64,000 bases of DNA from Eledone cirrhosa (GCA_964016885.1 OZ024740.1:377766001-377830000); one strand, 5' to 3'. Counted from the first letter of the stretch, positions 15,886 through 28,665 are shown. Notes: generated by a model not told the origin, from the sequence alone. Numbers and translations are program-made.

Positions 15886-16668
<783 letters not shown>

Positions 16669-16695
16669 TATATATACACATATATATATATACAT

Positions 16696-17306
16696 TTAAT
16701 TTTGATTCATTTTAATTGTATATTAATTTTGATTTATTTTGAAAAATTGGTTGAATTTTACTTGTTCTGCTTATCTTGATATTAAGTTCTGGTATATCAA
16801 ATTATTACCATAGAACCACCTTAAATCATAGACACACTATATATTTCCGGGGGTACATTGTACCCTCAGATATATATTAACCTTATTCAATATTCTCCAG
16901 TATGTAGAGAAAAATCCTGTCGTTCTATTTAGTTGCTAAAAATCTTTTTTGGTAACGATCATAGACGGCTAGTCTACGATTTCCCGCCTTCACTATACAC
17001 CAACGTATTTATGGGTCACTTTCACGACCTTTCAGACCTGTATTAGTTGGAGTGAGGTCATATATTTTGTCGTTCCTGGGGTTTTTAACCCTAGGATAGG
17101 AAAATGCTTCTCTGATGATCTTTGCTTTTCCATTAATATCCACGTGATATCTAATGTTTTGCAACATGAAACTGTACAGTTAGGGCCATTTGAATAGGTA
17201 AATATTTATATTATATTTTTTAATTTTGATTAATTTTAATTGTATATTAATTTTGATTTATTTTGAAAAATTGGTTGAATTTTACTTGTTCTGCTTATCT
17301 TGATAT
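16696..17306 (+). mobile_element. Non-coding retrozyme-like unit (524-bp period, ~85-bp terminal direct repeat)
   Basis: GAAAAATTGGTTGAATTTTACTTGTTCTGCTTATCTTGATAT at 16741 and 17265; contains an HHR; (TA)n flanks. Confidence 0.75.
17108..17185 (+). ncRNA. Type I hammerhead ribozyme
   Basis: Helix I TTCT/AGGG (two G-U pairs); CTGATGA 17112-18; TTGC/GCAA in helix II; GAAA 17168-71; perfect palindrome ACTGTACAGT; GUU triplet. Confidence 0.72.
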
Positions 17307-17310
17307 ATAT

Positions 17311-17369
<59 letters not shown>

Positions 17370-17372
17370 CAC

Positions 17373-17556
<184 letters not shown>

Positions 17557-17841
17557 AGAAAACATGCTGACTACAATTATAACAGGAAGAAGGTAATGTT
17601 CTGCTGTAGTAGTATTTTGAAATGTTCTTGGATTTAGGTTCATTTGTTGAGAGTCAAGGGTGAGGAAGTTGTGTTGACAGCAGCTGAGAAGGGATATATT
17701 TATGGGTTGATAAGGTACTTACAGACATTACTGTGGTATAGAATTAAGAAGGCTAGAATGTACTTAATGATTATATTTCTGTGGTGGTTCGTGCAGTATA
17801 GTGGGTATCCTAAGTTGAAAGCTAAGTTACGTCGGTTCGAT

Positions 17842-20205
17842 TCACAGCGGCTTAAATCTTGTTAATTTAGTGGCCATCACGTGTCTGCAGAAGATTGATC
17901 TTTCTAACTTGTTGTTGAGTAGCCTTTTTACATTTCTAAGGATATATAGTAATTCTAGATCACAGAACCTACAGTGGGACATACCGGTACTGTAGGTCTT
18001 TGCGGCCGACAACCTCGACCAGTTGATATTGTAGTTGGTGTTATTGTCCTTAAGTTCCCAGATTTTTTTGGCGAGGGTTGTAGAACCCATAAGTGCACGG
18101 TTTTTCATCGAGTGTCTGTGCACATACCATTTTTTTAAAAGTACCCTCGGTGGATCCAATATAATGCCAAGTGGAGTTGTCTGAGTTGACCGTACACATG
18201 TACACTAGGCTCGAATCAAGGCATCTATTCGCCAATGGGCACCTATCCGGTAGGTGACAGTTACAGTTTGAGGTGTTATTTCGTGCAGCTTCCACATTGC
18301 TGTTTTGTACACTGCTATAAGTGGGTTGTGATTTATGCCCGTTGGGGTTTTGCTGCTGCGTGCTTGCATGCGCTTGCGGTTGTGATACTGTGATGTGTTT
18401 GTGTTTATAATTTGGTGCATAGAGGTATTTCTGTGGTTGATCTTACGTATGTGCGATTCTATATGTGCTGCCGTAGAGTATGAGAGTTTTATAGTTTTTC
18501 TATTGAGTATTTTATAATATCTGTGTGAAATAGGGAAGTGTTTATCTATTAGTTTAAAGAATGTAGAAGGCAGTCTAGTTTTTACAGAGGAGTTGAAGAT
18601 TGGATTGAACCATAGGTATTTTCTTTCTCTGATTCTTCTATTGTTTCTAGGGTTTACATTATTGGTGTTTGGACCACTTACTCTATGTGGTACGTGCCTA
18701 ACTCTATGTCTAGTCCTGTTACCTCTATTTTTGTGTGAGCGGTTGGTGTAATTGCTAGTAGGTTTGTTTAAGTTGTCTTTATTCGCTATAAACTGCAGTT
18801 TATCTTTATGTCCGGCCCTATGTAATGCTGCGTTATAATAGTTAGCATGTTCATTAAAAATTTCTAGGTTTGAGGATAAGCGGGATATTCTAAGGGATAT
18901 ACTACGTGCTATGGATCTGATTATGGATTTGGGGTGGTTTGAGTTGTAACTAATGTAGGCCAGATTCTCATTATTTTTGTGGAAAGGTTCTATTAATCCA
19001 GTATTTAGATTTAGAGTCACATCTAGAAAGTTTACCTTTTTATGGTTCAGTTCGTAGGTAATACTTAGGCCTAGTTTTTTTAAGAATGTTCTAATGTTTT
19101 TTCTTAATCTTTCCATGCTCTGGTTGTTTAAGTTCCTAGCTATAAGTAGCGTGTCGTCCCTATAAATTCCTCCTTGGAGGTTACTGAATTCCTTATGTAG
19201 GTTGTGTGCTATAAATAGCCCCACGACGTCAGTGATTTGCGCAGAGTCATTTGATCCCATTGTGATATCGAAGCTGTTTATCCTATCTTTTCTTACCCAG
19301 TAGCTATTTTCAAATTTTATGATAGTCCTTCTAGCCGCTATTATTATTTCAATTTCCTCAGGGGTAAGATCGGAGTTATTTTGGCAAATATAAGCGCTTT
19401 ATCTAGGGTGGCTGGCGATATGGATGCATAGTAATCGTTTATATCGAATTGTATGAAGTTACATGTCTCCCTATTTCGTATTTTATTGAACCATTCAATC
19501 GCCTCGTTAGTGTTACCCCATAAATTGATTTCTAGTTTACCCTTTATTTGTGCGATTACCCTATCTAGAATGTTCTTGCTAATTTTACCTATATCTGATT
19601 TCGATGGGCATATTAATCTGATAGTAGGGTTTGTTTCAAAATTATTTTTGTGATCCTTCAGGTTAAATGTGGGGTTGCATGGCGTTAGAGGCTCGGTCCT
19701 ATCAGGTATTCCGAGTTTATTTACTATCCTAAGGCCCTCCACGTTAATGCTGGTGAGTGTGAATTCGTTTGTTTTTTTGTATTTTTTGTGTAGTTCACGC
19801 TGAATTAAAATTATTGTATGTGTTAAGGTCCATAGAGTATACGTTTGATGTTTTGTCTGCCTTTACTATGATACCGTTAGTGTCTTTTAGTTTTTTTAGT
19901 AGTGTATTGATGTCATTTTGTAATTTGTTGTGGTGTGTTCTTTTTTTGAATTTAGTTCGACTTATCATATTCATAAGGTCCAGCTCGAAGGCATCGAGTG
20001 TGGGGTTGTTTTGAGGGTTTTTGCAGGATTTGAATCCGTAATTCTCCTTAGAAAATTCTCTTGCTGGTCCTTTGTCGAAGTGGTAAGCCTTCCATCGGAC
20101 CCTACGGATGAAATCATTAGTCTGTTGTATCATGCCCAGTGTATAGTCCTTATTTGTAGGTATAGGTATGTTTTTCAGTGACATTCCTATACGGTGCTTT
20201 TCCAT
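17842..20205 (-). pseudogene. PLE-A RT + GIY-YIG ORF (frameshifted)
   Basis: SLKNIP, VKADKTSN, PTIRLICP, FIQFDINDYYASI, MGSNDSAQ, GIYRDD, VNFLDV, linker CNCHLPDRCPLANRC, LVYMC...HYIGST, CRFCDLE...CRH. Confidence 0.92.
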
Positions 20206-21747
20206 GTTGTTGCCGTGCGTTAATGGTGTTGCTCAACCAGGTGGGAGCTAAGTATACGGGGTAACAGATTATTGTTATAGGTAGTCCACTTAAGTGTAGT
20301 CCACTTAAGTGTAGTCCAGTTCAACAAGGCGTTTCCATAGTGATGCTGCGAGTATGCGGTAATTTCTATGTTGTAAACACTTGGAGTAATGATAAATCAG
20401 GAAAGAAGAGTGACACGGTTTGCTATACAAAAAGTGTTTTTAATCTCATTGCCTTCTTAATTCTATACCACAGTAATGTCTGTAAGTACCTTATCAACCC
20501 ATAAATATATCCCTTCTCAGCTGCTGTCAACACAAATTCCTCACCCTTGACTCTCAACAAATGAACCTAGATCCAAGAACATTTCAAAATACTACTACAG
20601 CAGAACATTACCTTCCTCCTGTTATAATTGTAGTCAGCATGTTTTCTCTTTATATATACACATATATATATATATTGCCTCCTTAACCTCTGTATTAACT
20701 TGCCTATTATATTGCTACTCTGTTAATGTTGTCTTATACATGTATGTTATTGATGATGAGAAAGCTAGACAACCCTTTCATCTAATATAGACCACATAAA
20801 TATTGAACCTAACACCACAAATATTACTATCCTCACTACAGTGATAAATTTGTCATCTGTCAGATAATAAATTATTCTTACGGCCACCAGACCTACATTG
20901 TTTAAAGCCACCGGCTTATCTTTACACTATATATAATACACCCCATGACAGCTTTTACATGTCAATTTTATACATCTGCTTCATGTCAGCTAGTTTTACA
21001 CGCTAAAATCGTAGATATACTATATTTCTCACCTAGATTGATGTTGTGATTATTTCAAATAATTTATTGCTAGCATTGTTAGTATTGTTGTTATTGTTCT
21101 GATTGAATGCCATTACTACTATATATAGTAGCCATGCCTGTATATTCCTTTCATTCTCACAAGCTCCGATGAATTGACTGATTATAACTTTGTATTGGTG
21201 ATCGAATGACGTGAAAACAAGCGGGTAGCGATCTCTAGACCTACCAGTTCAGAGAAACAATTGTCAGCAATGAGATTAAAAACATTTTTTGTATAGCAAA
21301 CCGTGTCACTCTTCTTTCCTGATTTATATATATATATAAATTTCGCTCTACATGGCTGAATACAATAAATGTAATCTGGTCGTAACTATGCTGGAAAGGG
21401 ACGTAACTATGCTGGAAAGCATGGCGTCCGACCCTCTACCGATAGACTAAAATAATATACATTATAAGCAAATGTTGAGATAATAAACTTTCTTAACACA
21501 AGAGATGTTCAAGTATCTATATGGTATGTGTGTGTGTGTTGAGTTGGAGTGGTTATGTATGTGTGCATATATTTTTTTTTTTTTTAATTTCGCTCTACAT
21601 GGCTGAATACAATAAATGTAATCTGAGTTTTTCGAATATTAATAATAACATTCGATTCGTTTGCAATTATGCAAACAACCTCATTTTTAACGCCATGTCA
21701 GTAGAATGAACCCTTCATTCTTGCTCTTATGTTGGCATGTAAACAGA

Positions 21748-21793
21748 ACTGCAGACACTAATGTTTCTGGGTGTCACCCTTCATCAGTACAGC
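21748..21793 (-). ncRNA. Type I hammerhead ribozyme
   Basis: Minus strand GCTGTA-CTGATGA-AGGGTGACACCCA-GAAA-CATTAGTGT-C-TGCAGT; GUC triplet. Confidence 0.82.
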
Positions 21794-22180
21794 TCACTGT
21801 TCACCTGCCAACTGTCAGAGCTAGTGAAAATATATGCTATTTTCTAAAATATACAGTGACTGATCGCCTTGATTTGCATATTAACAGACTGGCTGATCAG
21901 TCAGATCTGCATATTAGCAGATCCACTGATTAGTCAGATTTGCATATCAGCAGACTGGCAAAATTGGCTAAAGGAAGTCAATTCTAACTTATATAGTGCT
22001 CCAACCATGGTTTCAAAAACTCAAAGAAACATTTGGAATTAAAAAACTTTGGAATAAACAATGCTGAAAGAACTGAAGTTTTATATATATATATGAGGCG
22101 GGGGTTATGTGTGTGTGTGCATGTATGTATGTATGTATGTATGTATGTATGTATGTATGTATCTATGTATATATAGAAAT

Positions 22181-22230
22181 GGCTTCTACAGGACTAAAAC
22201 TGTTTCATTCGGGAGAAATCATCAGGAGCC
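22181..22230 (-). ncRNA. Type I hammerhead ribozyme, isolated between microsatellites
   Basis: Minus strand GGCTC-CTGATGA-TTTCTCCCGAAT-GAAA-CAGTTTTAGTCCTGT-A-GAAGCC; helix III ACAG/CTGT; GUA; partial copy at 512-540 (+). Confidence 0.75.
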
Positions 22231-22244
22231 CCTATGTATATATT

Positions 22245-22278
<34 letters not shown>

Positions 22279-22279
<1 letters not shown>

Positions 22280-23611
22280 TATCTGGCCCGTCCGGCTGGC
22301 GCCGGCTAGGTATACCGGCATTTTATCTTTTTTCTTGCACTCCAGTGCAAAGTTACCGCATGCCCTCTCAAGTCAGTGCTCCATTGTTGAGTTTGAATAG
22401 TTTTTAGGATTCCCCAGTTCAGCAGCCAGTACGTTAAAGAAAATTGATAGTTACAACAATAAAGGCTGAACAGAGAACATATTTTTTAACAAACAATAAT
22501 TTGTACAACCATAATGGCAATTCCAAGTAACAGAAAATATTTAAATTACATTGTTAAAGCCTCAGAGTATACAATATTTTTTATTCGGCCCTCCGGAGCA
22601 AAGATGAAGAGATTGTTTGGCGAGCTCACCCTAGAGCATCCTACATACAATTGACCATGGGAGAATCACTGATTTCGTAGCTCGTCTCGCGGAGAAGCTC
22701 TGTAGACGTTGACCTCTGGACACTCCTGTCAGGAGCAGGTAAGCTGTAGTGACTTAGAGGCCTACCACCAATCTCCAGGACACTGTTTTCAAGACAGATG
22801 AGCGCCTCATTGAAAACGACATCGTATGTTACGTTTGGATTGTGTCTGCGTATGCGGTGAGGGATGTCCTCAGCTAGACTTTCACGGTGGTTGTTCCACA
22901 GTGCGAGAGAGTCGGCGAATCGCAGTTGTGCAGCATAATAGCAAAAAGTTTTCGCAGCTGAGAAGGGACTTGAGCAGTTGCTGCTTCTTGCAGAGTGAGG
23001 TGCCAATGGCTGTCATCGTGTAACATACCACGCATCCAGCAAGCCAAACGGCAAGTGTAACATTGATGACCATTGATGGCCATTGATGGTTCTCGGATAT
23101 TGGAAAGACTGTGGTCCTCTAACCTCGAACAGTAATAATGACGATAAGCCGTCTGTGCTTTCGTGAAATAAATAGGTTTTTGTTTTTGTGTATGCAAAAA
23201 TATCTGTACACGAATATATATTTATTAAAATAACAGATTAAAGTTTAAGCAAAGAATCGCTGCTTTCACCCTTAACGGGATCTTCTGAAACTAAAACAAT
23301 CCGTCTGTGAACGGAAGTAAATATTTCGAAAAACCAGACATACAGAGACATATTATAAGAAAAAGAGGGGAATGTTGTGCGACGTCATAAGAAAAAGTGA
23401 GGAATGGCGTATAACCAGAAGTGTTGACATTTGAAATTTTAAAGAAGTGAATATTTAAATAATGTCTTTAATCTTTTAACAAAATTCAGTAGACAAAAAT
23501 ACCCTGACCTTTTTATTTGGAAAAAGTTAGATCTATGGTGCAAATTTGGTGCTGTTTGGTCCAGCCGTTTGGCGGAAAGTTTGTTACCTACATACGGCTT
23601 TATAGTATAGA
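22279..23611 (-). mobile_element. Internally deleted Helitron with RepHel remnants
   Basis: 5' A|TCTATACTATAAA; 3' hairpin CCGGC/GCCGG then ATAG|T; LHDDSHWHLTLQEA, QLRKLFAIML, LWNNHRESLAED; Pif1-like C-terminus FSHGQLYVGCSRV...KNIVYSEAL. Confidence 0.88.
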
Positions 23612-23739
23612 TATATATACATATACATACGTATATATAAAGGATCGATCGACTTTCGTCAAATCGGACCGAGGAAACATTGTTTTCGTCGGTCTTTCCA
23701 GTTGCTAGTACTATCTATCGGTCGCAACTCCAGGTAGAA

Positions 23740-23858
23740 GGAGCAACGTGAAATAAAGTGTCTTGCTCAAGGACATAACGTATCGCCCGGTCCAGGAATC
23801 GAACTCACAACCTCAAGATTGTGAATCCAATTCTCTAATCACTCAGCCACACGCCTTC
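23740..23858 (-). mobile_element. SINE family 3, tRNA head
   Basis: Minus strand TGGCTGAGTGA...GAGTTCGATTCC...TTGAGCAAGACACTTTATTTCAC; second copy 50718-50836. Confidence 0.75.
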
Positions 23859-23859
23859 A

Positions 23860-24029
<170 letters not shown>

Positions 24030-24071
24030 GATATTAAACAAATGGAAACTACATTTATAAAACCATATTTA

Positions 24072-24133
24072 TTTCATTATATATATTTCAGGGATATCAT
24101 ATTAAAAATATGGTATGCCCTCTTCAGACAAAA
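24072..24133 (-). ncRNA. Hammerhead motif (same family as 26517-26578)
   Basis: Reverse complement of the 26517-26578 motif. Confidence 0.65.
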
Positions 24134-24406
24134 TACAATATATAAACAGTTTTATAAATAAATTTGACATACCTTAAAACTTTACAACTTCCATTTAAAA
24201 AAGTTGTTATGGTAGTGAAAATGTTAAGGACAGTTAGAAAGAAAGACGAAGAGAAAAAAGAAATATATATAATGAAATAAATATGGTTTTATAAATGTAG
24301 TTTCCATTTGTTTAATATCGTAAAATACTCCAAAACTTGTTGAGTGCTTTTATATCAGTTATAAAATATTTACTCGTTGTAACCCAACAATTTTAAATAA
24401 AACTTT

Positions 24407-24443
<37 letters not shown>

Positions 24444-24704
24444 GGAAAAAATGAAACGAAATTTCATTTCTCACTCTTAGTACGGCTGTTACTTAAATAT
24501 AAGTATGTATACGTACATACATATATGTATACAGACGTACAGTAGTATGTATATATATACATACATGCACACATATATATATGTACGTATGGATTCACCG
24601 AACATTTATTATAATGCTCGGTGTGTTTGTAAACAAACATCCCGAATTAAGCCGTACAGTGTTTAGCAACCATCGTTGCCCTTTTGTTCAACACTGACAA
24701 GGGA

Positions 24705-24747
24705 ACGATGTACTAGTTTCAAGCTTATTAGCTATCGTCAGCACCGT
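24705..24747 (-). ncRNA. Minimal type I hammerhead ribozyme
   Basis: Minus strand ACGGTG-CTGACGA-TAGCTAATAAGCTT-GAAA-CTAGT-A-CATCGT; palindromic ACTAGT; GUA. Confidence 0.82.
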
Positions 24748-25684
24748 ATACCTTCCTGGCAGATGATTGAACGTCTGAAAGTATATACTTTCCTTATGCA
24801 TATTAACGGCTGAGCAGCCTAATTTGCATATCGAGTGAGTTAATCGGCCGGGCGCACCGAAAACGATAAACGGAAAAAATGTACGACGGAGCTCAAGCCG
24901 TTTCGACGGCTATTTCTAGACTAAATTAGAATGTTTAGCCTGGTGAATAAATAGCCGAACTTTTCAAGGGGGTACTTCCTTATATGGGAAGATTGTAGTT
25001 GTCAAGAGGATTGGTTAAAATTTGTTGTAAACACAAATAAGTCTATCATGGCATTTGGTGGGAGGTAGGGGTGGCTGAACTTGCCTGTAGAACAATGGGG
25101 GAGTGAGTGGAGCGGTCAAGCGTTGAAAGTGCTATGTATACAGCAGATTCTAAGGATAATGTATGAAGTGGAGGAGGGAGGTTATAGAATAGGTAAATCG
25201 AATGAGAGTAGGAGACAATAAAAGATAATAGAAAGAAATTTAAAAATATATAAAATTAGATAGTGAGAAATGAATAAAAGAAATCACAATGCTATCTTAC
25301 AATTACAGGTTAATAAGTTGAGAATAGAAAAAACTTGTAGAAATTGAGTAGTACCAAAACTGATGCAGAATTAAAGGGGTTTAACACGTCTGCTATAAGT
25401 AGTTAGTAAAACGTATTCGGCCAATTCTATTTTAAATTACAGGGGTGGGGGAACTGATGCTACAGAGGCCCGATGGGCTGCATCGGGGCAGGCGAAGGGG
25501 AAAAGCAGACGAGGAAGAAAATAGAGGGTGGAAAGAAGTGATAGGATGAGACAGGGGGAAGAAGAAGACAAAGAGGAAAAGAAAAGCAAAGAGATACATC
25601 TACCTAAGTAAGCTGGGGTTTCCCCTAACTTATTCGGCAAGTAGAAGGGTATCAGCCCTTGTCTACCCACCCGATATATATATA

Positions 25685-26210
25685 GGCATACGTTAAGACG
25701 GGCGTTCCGGAAAGTGAAAGTAAATTTTTTGACAACACTGTGAATTTGTTTGTTTGTTTTTTTTACAATGAAAGTTACGATACACACGCAATTGTATGGA
25801 TTTCTTAATATATATATATGTGTGGGTGTGTATATGTGTGTATATATATGTGTGTCTGTATGTATATATATATGTGTGTTTGTATATATATATATGTGTT
25901 TGTGTCATCATCATCGTTTAACGTCTATCTAAAGAAAAAATAATCACACACGCAATACTAATTAACACCATATCACTATAGAGACCTGTTGTAAATAAAC
26001 AAACAAATTCACAGTGTACACACATATATACACACATATACACACCCACACACATATATATATTAAGAAATCCATACAATTGCGTGTGTATCGTACAATT
26101 GCGTGTGTATCGTAACTTTCACTATTGAGACCTGTTGTAAAAAAAAAAAAAAAAAAATTCAGTGTTGTCAAAAAATTTACTTTCACTTTCCGGAACGCCC
26201 GTCTTAACGT

Positions 26211-26216
<6 letters not shown>
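25685..26216. repeat. Inverted duplication (~170-bp arms) including a mariner-TIR-like end
   Basis: GGCATACGTTAAGACGGGCGTTCCGGAAAGTGAAAG at 25685 and its reverse complement ending near 26215. Confidence 0.8.
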
Positions 26217-26281
<65 letters not shown>

Positions 26282-26323
26282 GATATTAAACAAATGGAAA
26301 CTACATTTATAAAACCATATTTA

Positions 26324-26385
26324 TTTCATTATATATATTTCAGGGATATCATATTAAAAATATGGTATGCCCTCTTCAGACAAAA
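26324..26385 (-). ncRNA. Hammerhead motif, left arm of fold-back element
   Basis: Reverse complement of the 26517-26578 motif. Confidence 0.65.
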
Positions 26386-26516
26386 TACAATGTATAAACA
26401 GTTTTATAAATAAATTTGACATACCTTAAACTTTACAACTTCCATTTAAAAAGTAAATGGAAGTTGTAAAGTTTAAGGTATGTCAAATTTATTTATAAAA
26501 CTGTTTATATATTGTA

Positions 26517-26578
26517 TTTTGTCTGAAGAGGGCATACCATATTTTTAATATGATATCCCTGAAATATATATAATGAAA
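26517..26578 (+). ncRNA. Type I hammerhead motif, right arm of fold-back element
   Basis: TTTTGT-CTGAAGA-GGGCATACCATATTTTTAATATGATATCCCT-GAAA-TATATAT-A-ATGAAA; palindromic ATATATAT; AUA triplet. Confidence 0.68.
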
Positions 26579-26711
26579 TAAATATGGTTTTATAAATGTA
26601 GTTTCCATTTGTTTAATATCGTAAATATACTCCAAAACTTGTTGAGTGCTTTTATATCAGTTATAAAATATTTACTCGTTGTAACCCAACAATTTTAAAT
26701 AAAACTTTTGC

Positions 26712-26775
<64 letters not shown>

Positions 26776-27461
26776 TGATAGAGAACATTGTAGTGACCTA
26801 CGTTCCGCGGGCTCACATACATTCTCTGTGCGTGATTTGGCTCAGCTCAGCCAATCAGCGCCAGCAGAAGAGAATGTATCCCAACGCGCCCTGAGAGACG
26901 AATTCCCCGCGAGGATTTGAAGAATCAGCCTCTCGCATCCTGAACTTCAAAGGAACAACATGTAACGGTGAGATTTTGCACTTTGGCCTGCAGGCCTGGC
27001 ACAATGGCACATTCCTTTTGTAACCTTTTTTAGATTGAACTACAATCATATCATTTAACTTTGTGCCACAACAAATAAACATACTTTTCATCTCACGAAC
27101 ATTCTTCTTGTTGACGTTGTTATCAAGTTACTCGTTTGTCGATATGACTAACACATCTTTCTACCAAACGGATTACTCGTGGCGTTATAACAATTACATT
27201 ATTTCCTTCACAACACATTAAAAAAATCATCCTGTTATAATTTCATCCTGTTATAAAATCATCCTGTTATAAGAAAGACGGTGTTATGGTTTTATTGGTA
27301 CATCCCTATTTTATTCGTTATACGTATTTAGAGGATGTAAGGTAGTTATATAATCACTGACTTAACCATTCTCTTCAGACAAACATACAATCCTATGTGT
27401 ATTGGTCGACGAAGTGAATAACACGTCCGACTGTAACATATCAATGGAGTTTTACATCGCG

Positions 27462-27531
27462 TTTGTCTGAAGAGAACGCGTAAGGCAATTATTATATAAC
27501 TACCTTACATCTTTAAAATACGTATAACGAA
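27462..27531 (+). ncRNA. Degenerate hammerhead motif (GAAA mutated to AAAA); inverted copy at 27314-27384
   Basis: TTTGT-CTGAAGA...GTAAGG/CCTTAC...AAAA-TACGTAT-A-ACGAA; palindromic ATACGTAT. Confidence 0.55.
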
Positions 27532-27940
27532 TACGAATAAAACCGTCTTATTTATTGTAATAAAACTCCGGATGATTAAAAACGTGGAGTGCTTCACGTA
27601 TGTTAAAGAATAAGTCGGCAGATTTTTAAACAACTAATTGTCTTCAATTGAATATATATATAGAGAGAGAGAGAGATTTTGAGTTTATGTTGGTTGTATA
27701 CCACCACCTCAGTATGCAGGCTGAAGCACTCGACGAAGTGCGCAGGTTGGTTTGGTTACTCCGGAGTAGTGTAAAATAAAGTTAAATAAAAGTCAAATGA
27801 TTAAAATTTAGCTTCGTTTATTACTATGACTCCAGTTCCTCAGTGAATTAACAACCCAACAAGGAACTGGGCATATCAGAGTATTGACAATATTATACAC
27901 CTAAACAACATATGTACTTGTCTATACCATAGTAATTCAA

Positions 27941-27995
27941 ACTGCCTGAAGAGGTCACAGCCAAAGATGGCTGTCACTGAAATATATATAGCAGT
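27941..27995 (+). ncRNA. Type I hammerhead ribozyme
   Basis: ACTGC-CTGAAGA-GGTCACAGCCAAAGATGGCTGTCACT-GAAA-TATATAT-A-GCAGT; perfect 5-bp helix I; ACAGCCA/TGGCTGT in helix II. Confidence 0.82.
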
Positions 27996-28039
27996 AATAA
28001 ACGAAGCTAAATTTTAATCATTTGACTTTTATTTAACTT

Positions 28040-28076
<37 letters not shown>

Positions 28077-28212
28077 AATAGTGAAAACAATGAAATTAAA
28101 CGGTTAATTCATAGTAAAACTCATTATTTTACGATCGTTTCTGGGGGGTAGTTCTCCGTATGTCCACGGCTTAGACCCTACCATTAATTGGTGGATTTAT
28201 ATATATATATAT

Positions 28213-28662
28213 ATTAGAAATTATAAGCTTTCATCGTATTTTAGACTAAAGAAATTTCTAGCCTGATAGTGTGGTTTATAACCCTCGGAGAAATGGAAAA
28301 AGATGAGTGTTGCCGTACATGGGAGTCGAACCCACATCTTTGGTTATCCAGACCACTGTGCTACCATTACACCAATACACATCCCATCTCCTTCCATTCG
28401 AATTAGAAGCTATGAACTTAGCAAGTGAATGATAAACAAGCAAATTATAAATGTAAACATGTAAGTATGTTTTTGAAACGGTGCGCGAGTTTGAAATTAG
28501 AAATTATAAGCTTTCACCGTATTTTAGACTAAAGAAATTTCTAGCCTGATAGTGGGGTTTATAACCCTCGGAGAAATGGAAAAAGATGAGTGTTGCCATA
28601 CATGGGAGTCGAACCCACATCTTTGGTTATCCAGACCCCTGTGCTACCATTACACCAATACA
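28213..28662 (-). repeat. tRNA-headed unit with 283-bp period (~1.6 copies) in microsatellite
   Basis: AAATTATAAGCTTTCA at 28218 and 28501; minus strand has A box TGGTGTAATGG and B box GGTTCGACTCC. Confidence 0.75.
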
Positions 28663-28665
28663 CAC

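Larger units (their letters stand above)
26279..26711. mobile_element. Fold-back non-autonomous element with HHR; related copy at 24028-24411
   Basis: ~170-bp inverted arms 26279-26448 and 26454-26623 with a 5-nt loop; same outer ends as the 24028-24411 copy; (TA)n flanks. Confidence 0.8.

Noticed and set aside
26789-26800. TGTAGTGACCTA identical to the Gypsy 5' end at 29469
   Set aside because: The match does not extend beyond 12 nt; matches of this length are expected by chance in 64 kb.
26855-27091. Cys-rich ORF (ICCG...PLCQAC)
   Set aside because: Possibly a transposase C-terminal relic, but too short to assign and without clear splice support.
28309-28380. Possible true tRNA gene on the minus strand
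   Set aside because: Acceptor and anticodon arms are imperfect and it lies inside a tandem repeat unit; treated as tRNA-derived.
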